Positions 1 through 7,859 of a stretch of 25,488 bases of DNA are shown here, piece by piece. The position numbers and the translations under genes are program-made. Within the stretch, counting starts at the first letter, position 1. Every line of letters begins with the position of its first letter. A model generated the notes under the pieces. The model was not told the DNA's origin. It saw nothing but the letters and a program-made list of their open reading frames with translations, and made no database searches. Origin of the DNA: Fibrobacteria bacterium (GTDB taxonomy: Bacteria; Fibrobacterota; Chitinivibrionia; Chitinivibrionales; FEN-1185); the NCBI GenBank assembly GCA_037447435.1, contig JBBIGR010000057.1:1-25488 (forward strand), read 5' to 3'.

Positions 1-1
1 A

Positions 2-388
2 CAATACACACAATTAAAAACAAAAAACTGTAAACATTTTTTAGGACTTGACCATAATCATTTGCCCTCCGTACGGGCAAATAATGATTTGCCCCGACGA
101 AATGCGAATAATCATTCGCCCCGGGGGACATCAAAAACAATCGGTGCGATTGTACGGGGTTTCAAAATCGGCGTCGCAAAAATGATTCATAGGGAAAAAC
201 CGGACATGGTTGTTTGGCAACGCAATTATTACGAACATATCATCCGCAACGAAAAATCTCTGTATTTAATCCGCACATATATTCATGAAAATCCGGTTAG
301 TTGGAATTGTGATCGCGATAGCCACATTGACCGGGAAATCATGGAAATTGAAACACCCGATATTGGGCGTGGCTTTGAATATATATAA
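2..388 (+). mobile_element. REP-associated tyrosine transposase (RAYT, HUH/Y1 family), C-terminal part only; probably a remnant
   Basis: Translation has TIGAIVRGFK...VWQRNYYEHIIRNE...IRTYIHENP.SW, typical of the RAYT C-terminal half. The frame is open back to the window edge, but codons before about nt 50 are AT-rich and show no HUH (PNHxH) motif. Confidence 0.75.
54..122 (+). repeat. Three tandem REP-like hairpin units inside the RAYT frame
   Basis: GGGCAAAT-AATG-ATTTGCCC (75-94), GCGAAT-AATC-ATTCGC (104-119) and a half unit ATAATCATTTGCCC (54-67). Confidence 0.7.
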
Positions 389-399
389 ATAAGTTCAAA

Positions 400-813
400 C
401 TAATTTTTAAAGGGCTCCTGCAGCTTTTGATACACGTCGGTCGGTATTCTTTTTACTTTGCCCCCGCAGCTCACGCATGCCGCTTTTATGGTGCCGCTCA
501 CGCAGAGGACGTTGTTCTGGTTGATTATCTCGTATTTGAAAATGACGCATACCGATGACGTTTCGACCACGGAGGTGGTCACGGTGAGAAGATCGTTGTA
601 CAACGCGGAACGATGGTATTTTACATTGGCTTCGGCAACCACGAAAAGCGTGTCTTGCTTTTGCATTTCGAAAAGATCGCATCCCAGATCGCGGAGATAT
701 TCGGTGCGGCCGCGTTCCATGTATTTGAGATAATTTGCATAATAGACCACGTTGCCGCAATCGGTGTCTTCATAGTAAACCCGTACGCTGATGCGATTCA
801 TGTGCTGATTCAT
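400..813 (-). CDS. ybgC: YbgC/FadM-family acyl-CoA thioesterase (hotdog fold)
   Basis: RVYYEDTDCGNVVYYANYLKYMERGRTE signature. Start moved to ATG 813 because GGAGG lies at 823-827 on the minus strand. Confidence 0.85.
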   Translation of the reverse strand: MNQHMNRISVRVYYEDTDCGNVVYYANYLKYMERGRTEYLRDLGCDLFEMQKQDTLFVVAEANVKYHRSALYNDLLTVTTSVVETSSVCVIFKYEIINQNNVLCVSGTIKAACVSCGGKVKRIPTDVYQKLQEPFKN

Positions 814-844
814 TCCGTACAACCTCCGATGGTTCTTTGTAATG

Positions 845-2242
845 CTATTCCTGTTTCTCTTGTGCCAACCCATATTCCTTTAATTTTCGCCATAACGTCG
901 AGCGGGAAATGCCGAGTTTGCGCGCGGCCTCGGAATAATTATGATTAACCGACGATAAAATCTTGCCGATGTACATTTTTTCCACGTCCGACAACGTCAT
1001 TGCATCGGGCCCGGTGAGGTTTTCAAGACATTGCTGAGTGTTTTTATGCTTGGGTGCTTCCAAAAGTAAATGGTTCCTGAACATAAATTCCGGAAGGTCT
1101 TTTTCCGAAATTTCGGACGATTCGGAAAGGACCATCGCGTGCTCTATGATGTTTTCGAGCTCGCGCACATTGCCCGGATAGTCGTAATTGGCAAGCACCG
1201 CCTCCGCCGCGGGCGTCAGGCGGGTGATGTTTTTGTCGAGCGTGTCGTTGTTCTTGTGCACGAAAAGCTTTATGAGGTTCGGGATCGTTTCTTTGCGATC
1301 GCGAAGCGGCGGCAGCGTCAACGTGAAAACGTTGAGCCGATAATACAGGTCTTCGCGGAACGTTCCTTGCGAAATAAGCGTCGGCAAATCCTTGTTGGTG
1401 GCGGCGATGATCCGCACGTTGACGGTGCGTTGAATGTTTTCGCCGATGCGTTTGAAGGTGCGTTCCTGCAAAAACCTGAGCAGTTTGACCTGGGCCGAGG
1501 GCGATAATTCGCCGATTTCATCGAGGAACAGGGTGCCCAGATGCGCTTCTTCGACAAGACCGACACGGTCGCGGTCGGCGCCCGTGAAGGATCCCTTGAC
1601 ATGTCCGAACAGTTCGCTTTCGAACAGCGTGTCGGGAATTGCGCCGCAATTGACGGGTACCATTTTGCCGTCGGTCCGGCGCGACATGTGGTGGATGATG
1701 CGGGCAAAGAATTCCTTTCCCGTGCCGCTTTCGCCGTTCATGAGCACCGTTGACGACGTGGGAGCGATTTTCATGGCAAGTTTGAGCATTTTCTGCATTG
1801 CCGCACTGCCGGCCATGAGATCGGAGAGCAGTCGCTGTTCCATTTCCCGGTATTCGGCGACGTTATCGACCTTTGCCGACAGCTTTTCGGCTGCTGTTGC
1901 AATGTCGTTTTGCCTCAGCGGCTTTACCAAATAAAACGATGCGCCGTTACGCAACGCCTTGGTCGCGGTTTCAAGCTCGGCCATAGTTGTCAGAATGACG
2001 ATTTCCGTATGCGGTGACCGGGTCTTGATATAATGGACCAAATCCATTTCCTGCGCCGGCATTGCCTCTATATCGAGGAACACGATGTCGATTTTGTCGG
2101 ATTCGAACATGGCCAGGGCCTGCGTGGAAGACCGGGCTTGAAGGATCCTAAACTTCTGCAATCCCTGGGCTGTGTCGGAAAGCATAGCGGTAAGGGGAGA
2201 CAGGGAAATAAAGAGTATCGATTTTTTAGGAATCTGTGCCAT
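845..2242 (-). CDS. Sigma54-dependent transcriptional activator, NtrC/AtoC family (receiver-AAA+-Fis HTH)
   Basis: Walker A GESGTGKE, ESELFGHVKGSFTGA, Walker B LFLDEIGE, FREDLYYRL, YPGNVRELEN, C-terminal AARKLGISRSTLWRKLK; receiver features DIVFLD and YLVKP. Confidence 0.93.
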   Translation of the reverse strand: MAQIPKKSILFISLSPLTAMLSDTAQGLQKFRILQARSSTQALAMFESDKIDIVFLDIEAMPAQEMDLVHYIKTRSPHTEIVILTTMAELETATKALRNGASFYLVKPLRQNDIATAAEKLSAKVDNVAEYREMEQRLLSDLMAGSAAMQKMLKLAMKIAPTSSTVLMNGESGTGKEFFARIIHHMSRRTDGKMVPVNCGAIPDTLFESELFGHVKGSFTGADRDRVGLVEEAHLGTLFLDEIGELSPSAQVKLLRFLQERTFKRIGENIQRTVNVRIIAATNKDLPTLISQGTFREDLYYRLNVFTLTLPPLRDRKETIPNLIKLFVHKNNDTLDKNITRLTPAAEAVLANYDYPGNVRELENIIEHAMVLSESSEISEKDLPEFMFRNHLLLEAPKHKNTQQCLENLTGPDAMTLSDVEKMYIGKILSSVNHNYSEAARKLGISRSTLWRKLKEYGLAQEKQE

Positions 2243-2344
2243 GCTTTTTTTTCAACCAAAGTGTATTTTTAGGGGCGTACAATTTTCAGTGATGCTATCG
2301 AAGTATATAAAATAATTCGTTAATTGGCCAATGGTATTCCATCA

Positions 2345-3742
2345 ATGAACATACATTCAAAACCGCCGAAACATTTAAAAGGCTATTACTCTCGGAAAAT
2401 CGGTAATTTTTATTCAAGGCACAAAAAACCGCTCAATACTTTTTTTCTTATTTCCGGTACTTTTCTACTTCTCATTTTGGTTGCCGGATTTATTCCGTAT
2501 TCGAACTCTCAATTAAGTGAGGCGGTGCAAAAGCTTTGCAAAAAATCCTTTGCGCAAAGTTGTTCGATACGCCGCATAACGATTCAACCCTGGCTCGGCG
2601 TTTCGTTGGATAGCGTCTCTATTGCAAGCGACGATACGAAATCGGGATTCGAAGTAACGGTGCCAACCGTCAAAGTCACGTATCACATTGTTCCGCTTCT
2701 TTTCAAATGCATCGCCATAAAAAAAATAATGCTCGTGGATCCGCATGTCGCGGTCCATGCCCCGCGCGTGCCCAAGGAAAAAGAAGCTGATGAAAAACCG
2801 CTTTCCGTCGATGCCTTGCGAGCCCAACTTTCGTCGTTTCCCTTTTCCGTCGTCATCCAATCGGTCTCGGTGCAGGATGGAAAGATTGACTTTATCCAAG
2901 ATTCTAAAAAATTTTGCGAAGTATCGGGATTGGATATCGCCATGAAATTCAGGCTCGACACGACGCTTTCTTTACAAGGTGAAATGTCGTGCGATCAATT
3001 GAAATGGGCGGGCGTATGGCGCGTTAAAAACCTCAGGGCCAAGCTTTTGATAGACGACTTCATCATGACGCTTTCCAAATGCAGGGCCGATTTTTACGAC
3101 GGACGGATAAACGCTTCATGCAAGGTCGACCTGACTTCATTGACGCTCGAACGGCTCGAATTCGAATTAAGCCGTGTCGATTTGGCGAAACTGTACGAGG
3201 CAATGAACATCGGTCTGGGGCAATGCCGGGGCCGCCTGAACGGAAAATTGACAATGGAAAAGAGCCGTCTGGTCGCGGATTCGTTGAGCGGCTGGGGAAG
3301 GGCGGTCATGACCGACGTGCATGTGCAAAACTTGCCTTTGCAGAACAATTTGGTCGTATTGATGGCGATCCCGCAACTGAAGGACGTGACTTTTTCCCGG
3401 TTTGAAACCGATTTGCAAATTAAAAAAGGGAAAATATACACGCCGAATATAAAAGGGAACGGTTCGCCCATGGACGTCGACGCGCAGGGATGGGTCGATT
3501 TCGACGGCTATTTTTCGGAGCAATGTAATGGCGTATTCGAAAGGGATTTTATCGGCAGCTTGCCGCAAATCGTCGGTCAATCCCTCAACGACGAACCCGA
3601 CGGCCGCAAATCGTTCAAATGCAGGGTGTCGGGCACATTTAAAAATCCGAGACTGGACGTGGATCAGCGGATTGTCAACAGGGCCGTGGGAAACGTTTTG
3701 AACGAAGTTGCAAAAGGACTCGGAAAATTGTTCGGGAAATAA
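2345..3742 (+). CDS. AsmA-like membrane-anchored periplasmic protein
   Basis: N-terminal TM helix, long alternating beta-strand body, C-terminal CRVSGTFKNPRLDVD followed by an amphipathic helix ending LGKLFGK. Start is ATG 2345 or TTG 2324. Confidence 0.65.
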   Translation: MNIHSKPPKHLKGYYSRKIGNFYSRHKKPLNTFFLISGTFLLLILVAGFIPYSNSQLSEAVQKLCKKSFAQSCSIRRITIQPWLGVSLDSVSIASDDTKSGFEVTVPTVKVTYHIVPLLFKCIAIKKIMLVDPHVAVHAPRVPKEKEADEKPLSVDALRAQLSSFPFSVVIQSVSVQDGKIDFIQDSKKFCEVSGLDIAMKFRLDTTLSLQGEMSCDQLKWAGVWRVKNLRAKLLIDDFIMTLSKCRADFYDGRINASCKVDLTSLTLERLEFELSRVDLAKLYEAMNIGLGQCRGRLNGKLTMEKSRLVADSLSGWGRAVMTDVHVQNLPLQNNLVVLMAIPQLKDVTFSRFETDLQIKKGKIYTPNIKGNGSPMDVDAQGWVDFDGYFSEQCNGVFERDFIGSLPQIVGQSLNDEPDGRKSFKCRVSGTFKNPRLDVDQRIVNRAVGNVLNEVAKGLGKLFGK

Positions 3743-3765
3743 ATAACGGAATAAGGAGAGGCATT

Positions 3766-4953
3766 GTGAACACCTTTGAAATCGAAGACAAATACATGGC
3801 GCCGTTTTTTACCAAAACGCAAATCTCGATTGAGCGGGGTAAAGGCGTTTACGTTTGGGACGAAGCCGGCAAGAAGTATATGGATTTTACCGCCGGTTGG
3901 GGAGTGACCTGCATAGGGCACGCAAACCCGGTTATCATCAACGCCCTGAGCGCGCAGGCAAAGAAAATCATGCAAAACCCCAACTCGGGCGTGACGTATT
4001 CTCCGGCACGGGCGAAATTGCTTCTGACCTTGAAAAAAATATTGCCGCCCGGACTTGCGCGGGTATTTTTTGCAAGCAGCGGTGCCGAAGCCAATGACGC
4101 GGTTATCAAGCTGGCCAGAAAAGTTTCGGGCAAAATGAATGTGATATCGATGGAACAAAGTTTCCACGGCCGGACAATAAGCACGGCTTCCGCAACGGGC
4201 CAGGCAGTGCATCGGGACAAATATAATCCGCTTATGCCCAATTACATTTTTGTTCCCTACAACGACGTTGCGGCGCTTGCAAAGGTTATAAAAGACGATG
4301 TGGCGGCCGTGCTCTTGGAACCGGTCCAGGGTGAAGGCGGCGTCATCGTTCCGGACAAGGGATATTTGGCAGCGGTATCGGCGCTTTGCAAAAAGAACAA
4401 CGTGTTTCTCATTGCCGACGAAGTGCAAACCGGATTTTGCAGGACCGGCCCCTTTTTCGCGTCGAAGCAAAAAGGCGTGCAGGTCGATTTCTTGACAATG
4501 GCGAAGGGTATCGCGGGCGGGTTTCCGTTCGGTGCATTCGCCGTTACTGAGGAAATCGCCCAAAAATTCGAAAAAGGCGACCACGGCGGCACCTATTGCG
4601 GCAATCCGTTGGGATGCGCCGTTTCGAATGCCGTGATTTCGTATTTGATCGAAAACGACATCGGTTCTCATGTCGCGAAAATCGGCAACGATACGATTGC
4701 GACATTGCAGCATTGGAAAAAAACCTTTCCCGACCTCATTACCGATGTCCGGGGCAAAGGCCTGCTCATTGCCATGGAAGTCGCGTCCGCGCAAATCGCG
4801 GATTTCATCAAGGAGTATTGCCTTGACAAAGGGCTTATCCTGAACGTGACGCACGGAACGATAGTACGGTTTTTCCCGGCGCTTACAATTACGGAAAAAG
4901 AAATGGAACAGGGCTTGAAACTGGTGAAAGAGGCGATGAAAAATCGGGTGTGA
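3766..4953 (+). CDS. argD: Acetylornithine aminotransferase-like class III PLP aminotransferase
   Basis: SGAEAND, SFHGRT, EPVQGEGG, ADEVQTG, PLP lysine in MAKG, HGGTY; GTG start preceded by AGGAG. Confidence 0.8.
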   Translation: MNTFEIEDKYMAPFFTKTQISIERGKGVYVWDEAGKKYMDFTAGWGVTCIGHANPVIINALSAQAKKIMQNPNSGVTYSPARAKLLLTLKKILPPGLARVFFASSGAEANDAVIKLARKVSGKMNVISMEQSFHGRTISTASATGQAVHRDKYNPLMPNYIFVPYNDVAALAKVIKDDVAAVLLEPVQGEGGVIVPDKGYLAAVSALCKKNNVFLIADEVQTGFCRTGPFFASKQKGVQVDFLTMAKGIAGGFPFGAFAVTEEIAQKFEKGDHGGTYCGNPLGCAVSNAVISYLIENDIGSHVAKIGNDTIATLQHWKKTFPDLITDVRGKGLLIAMEVASAQIADFIKEYCLDKGLILNVTHGTIVRFFPALTITEKEMEQGLKLVKEAMKNRV

Positions 4954-4957
4954 GTCT

Positions 4958-6418
4958 TTACTTCAGCAATGCGACCCGGTTGGGCATGAACTGGTCGGAT
5001 GCTTCGATGAGCTGGGGAATGGTCACGAATTGATAGCCGCGTTCCTGCAAATGCGAGATGATCGTAGGCAAAGCTTTAATGGTCTGTTGACGTTTGGGAT
5101 CCTGCTTTAATTCTATGCCGTCGTGCAGAAGCACGATTGATCCCGATCCGCATTTCGAAAGCACGCGTTGGGAAATGGTCGCGCTGGAAATGTTCTGCCA
5201 ATCGTCGGGCGATACGGTCCAGGTGACGACGGTATAATTCTCCTTACGGACCAAATTCATCATCCACGGGCTCCGCCACCCGTGGGGCGGCCTGAAAAAA
5301 TCGGGCTTTATGCCGGTCGCGGTCAAAATCGAATTTTCTGTTTTATCTAGTTCCTTGTGTATGAGGTCCGGCGTTTCGAGCGGCCCCCAAAACGGGTGCG
5401 TATACGTATGATTGCCGATGGCGTGGCCTTCGGCCACGATGCGCCTGGCCAGAGCGGGATATTTGTCGACATTGTTGCCGACCATAAAAAATGTTGCCTT
5501 GACATTGTATTTTGCCAAGGTGTCGAGCACTTCGGCGGTGTACATGCTCGGGCCGTCGTCGAAAGTGAGCGCAACAAGAGGCAGGGCTTTTTCGCCGTGT
5601 GCCAAAACAGTACCGAAGAGTTTATTCTCGGTACTTTCGCTGATCCACAGGAACCCCAGCAGCATAAGCGCCGCAATGCCGAATCGGGCAAAGGCCATTT
5701 TGGACGGGTAGAACCCGTTATTGATTTTCTTCGTACGGATATTCGGGAAATTATAAAATAACGGTCTGCGAAGTAAAAGAAGCCAGAGATCGTTGACGTA
5801 ATACAAAACCAGCGTCTGGAAAAAGGCGTATTGAAACCTGCGGCCCGAGGTTTTTGCGACAAGCTTTCTGTCGATGAACACATTGCCGAGCTTATGCAAA
5901 CGCTGTCCTAAATCGACATCCGCGCCCATATTGACATGCACATTGAAACCGCCGGCCGAAAGATACGCGTGGCGCCATACCGCCATATTTGCTCCGGCAA
6001 GATGATAGTTCCATTTGCCGAACGCTTTGCCGATGTAATGGATAAACGCGTTGCCGTCGTAGAATTCGAATGTGCCGCTGCAGGCAACGGTGTTTTTTTG
6101 CGAAAGATTGTGGGTGATTTTTTCAAGCCAAAACGGCGGTACGTGAGTATCGGCATCGGTACAGGCGATAATGTCGGCGGTCGCATTGTTGAATCCTGCG
6201 CGTAAAGCATGGACATACCCTTGTTTGGGTTCGTCGATGACCGATACGCCCATCGAAAGCGCTATTTGCTTGGTATTATCGGTGGAGGCGTTATTGACAA
6301 CGATGATTTCGTACGGACCGGTATATGTTTGACTTTGAAGAGATCGTATGCAATCGGCGATCATTTCTTCTTCGTTAAAGGCGGGAACAACGATTGTAAA
6401 GGAAGGCTTTTGGCTCAT
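4958..6418 (-). CDS. Fusion of GT2 glycosyltransferase (N-terminal), TM segment and NodB/CE4 polysaccharide deacetylase (C-terminal)
   Basis: GT2: VPAFNEE, NNASTD, TDAD. CE4: TFDDGP, NHTYTHP, FRPPHG, DDW, LLHDG. Hydrophobic FGIAALMLLGFLWI lies between the domains. Confidence 0.9.
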   Translation of the reverse strand: MSQKPSFTIVVPAFNEEEMIADCIRSLQSQTYTGPYEIIVVNNASTDNTKQIALSMGVSVIDEPKQGYVHALRAGFNNATADIIACTDADTHVPPFWLEKITHNLSQKNTVACSGTFEFYDGNAFIHYIGKAFGKWNYHLAGANMAVWRHAYLSAGGFNVHVNMGADVDLGQRLHKLGNVFIDRKLVAKTSGRRFQYAFFQTLVLYYVNDLWLLLLRRPLFYNFPNIRTKKINNGFYPSKMAFARFGIAALMLLGFLWISESTENKLFGTVLAHGEKALPLVALTFDDGPSMYTAEVLDTLAKYNVKATFFMVGNNVDKYPALARRIVAEGHAIGNHTYTHPFWGPLETPDLIHKELDKTENSILTATGIKPDFFRPPHGWRSPWMMNLVRKENYTVVTWTVSPDDWQNISSATISQRVLSKCGSGSIVLLHDGIELKQDPKRQQTIKALPTIISHLQERGYQFVTIPQLIEASDQFMPNRVALLK

Positions 6419-6546
6419 ATTTTTAATAATAGTTTTGGGCTTTTCTATCCGATTCGACCGGTGTTTTTAATAATAGCACACTATTTAAAATAATTAAACG
6501 ACTTATCATACGGAAGAGTATTCGTTTAAGGAGGCTAAAAATTTTC

Positions 6547-6561
6547 TGGCATATCGAATGC
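6547..6561 (+). promoter_or_regulatory. Candidate sigma54 (-24/-12) promoter
   Basis: TGGCATATCGAATGC has GG-N10-GC spacing and ends 57 nt before ATG 6619; one mismatch to TTGC. A TATAAT at 6578-6583 offers an alternative sigma70 reading. Confidence 0.4.
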
Positions 6562-6618
6562 GGAAAACATAGTATCTTATAATATAACGCGTATCACAAA
6601 CACGTAAGGAGGTGCTTT

Positions 6619-6975
6619 ATGGACATCGACAATGTTTGGGAAAAAATCAAAAAGAATTTCAAGGAAGGCGCGGCGCTTTCGGTTGAAAAGATCGAGGAAT
6701 ATTCCAAAATCGGAAAACTTAAAATCGAGGAATTCGCTGCAAAGAAAAAAATAGAACGGAATTGCATTGATATCGGAGAGCGCGTCTTTGACCTTATGGA
6801 AAGCCAGAAGGCACAGGACATTGCGGGCGACCTTCTCGTGAAAAAAGCCATTGAAAATATCCGGTCGCTCAACGAAGAGCTTTCCGACATAGACAAAAAA
6901 ATCAAATCGGTAGCCGAAGATACGAAAAAAGGCAGAGACAGAGCAGCCGAAGGTACGGATTTTGAAGGGGTGTAA
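6619..6975 (+). CDS. Hypothetical small helical/coiled-coil protein
   Basis: Perfect SD TAAGGAGGT before ATG; K/E-rich amphipathic helices; stop overlaps the next start (TAATG). Confidence 0.8.
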   Translation: MDIDNVWEKIKKNFKEGAALSVEKIEEYSKIGKLKIEEFAAKKKIERNCIDIGERVFDLMESQKAQDIAGDLLVKKAIENIRSLNEELSDIDKKIKSVAEDTKKGRDRAAEGTDFEGV

Positions 6976-7859
6976 TGAAAAAAAAGCTCCGTAAAGAAAT
7001 CCTTCTTGTTCCGCCTTCGGGCGAAAATATAAAAACCATCCGGCTTAAGGGTGGTTTCCTTGTTTTTATCGCCATAGTCATAGCCGGCGGATTTGCCGGC
7101 TATTTTATTCCGTTCGGCAATTTTTCAATAGATGTGGTTGAGCAGAACCGCCAAAAAAATCTTCAGGACCAAAATAAAAAGCTTCTTACCGCAATACGGC
7201 CGATGCGTAAACTGCTCGACAATTTGGGAGACGATATCATTCGGTTGGAACAACGCCGTTCTCAAATCGTTCAAAAATTGGGCCTGAAAGAAGCTTCCCA
7301 TACTCGGCAGAAACATAAAAAGGGACCTTCGGCGGCAAATCTGGCCAATTTGCTTACCCGGGTCAATAAGGAATATTCGTTTTTCCAAAGTTTTTACGGC
7401 ATCGTTTCGCAAAACCCGTCCTATTTCAATGCAGTTCCTCTTGTAAAGCCGATCCCTGAAAATCCCGTTATTACCGCTCGTTTTGAAATGGAAAAAGACC
7501 CGTTTACGCAGGTAATGAAAAAGCATAACGGTACGGATTTTGTCGCTGTTCGCGGATCGCCCGTATGCGCCTGTGCTTCGGGAACGGTTTCACATGTGGA
7601 AGAGAGCAGAATCTGGGGTAAAAAAGTAACGATTGACCATGAATACGGATTTACAACGGTTTACGCACACTTGGGAACAGTGGATGCATTTGTCGGGAAA
7701 AAAGTCAAAAAAGGCGATTGCATCGGAACCGTGGGGATTTCGGGCATAACCAGCGGGCCGCATTTGCATTACGAAGTATGGCATCGCGGCGAACCGATGA
7801 ATCCGGAAGACCTTTTCTTTCCCTCTGTCGACAGCGTCCTGGCCGTGGCATCACGGTAG
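6975..7859 (+). CDS. M23 family zinc metallopeptidase with N-terminal TM anchor and coiled coil
   Basis: HNGTD (HxxxD), YAHL, GPHLHYEV (HxH), MNP. Confidence 0.92.
   Translation: MKKKLRKEILLVPPSGENIKTIRLKGGFLVFIAIVIAGGFAGYFIPFGNFSIDVVEQNRQKNLQDQNKKLLTAIRPMRKLLDNLGDDIIRLEQRRSQIVQKLGLKEASHTRQKHKKGPSAANLANLLTRVNKEYSFFQSFYGIVSQNPSYFNAVPLVKPIPENPVITARFEMEKDPFTQVMKKHNGTDFVAVRGSPVCACASGTVSHVEESRIWGKKVTIDHEYGFTTVYAHLGTVDAFVGKKVKKGDCIGTVGISGITSGPHLHYEVWHRGEPMNPEDLFFPSVDSVLAVASR

Noticed and set aside
54..122. CRISPR array
   Set aside because: Only three degenerate units with very short, uneven spacers, inside a transposase frame; no cas genes.
1580..1600. GSFTGA instead of GAFTGA in the activator
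   Set aside because: Common variant that keeps the Phe-Thr needed for sigma54 contact.
3664..4854. 396-aa ORF antisense to argD
   Set aside because: Shadow frame of a well-conserved gene; no recognisable motifs.
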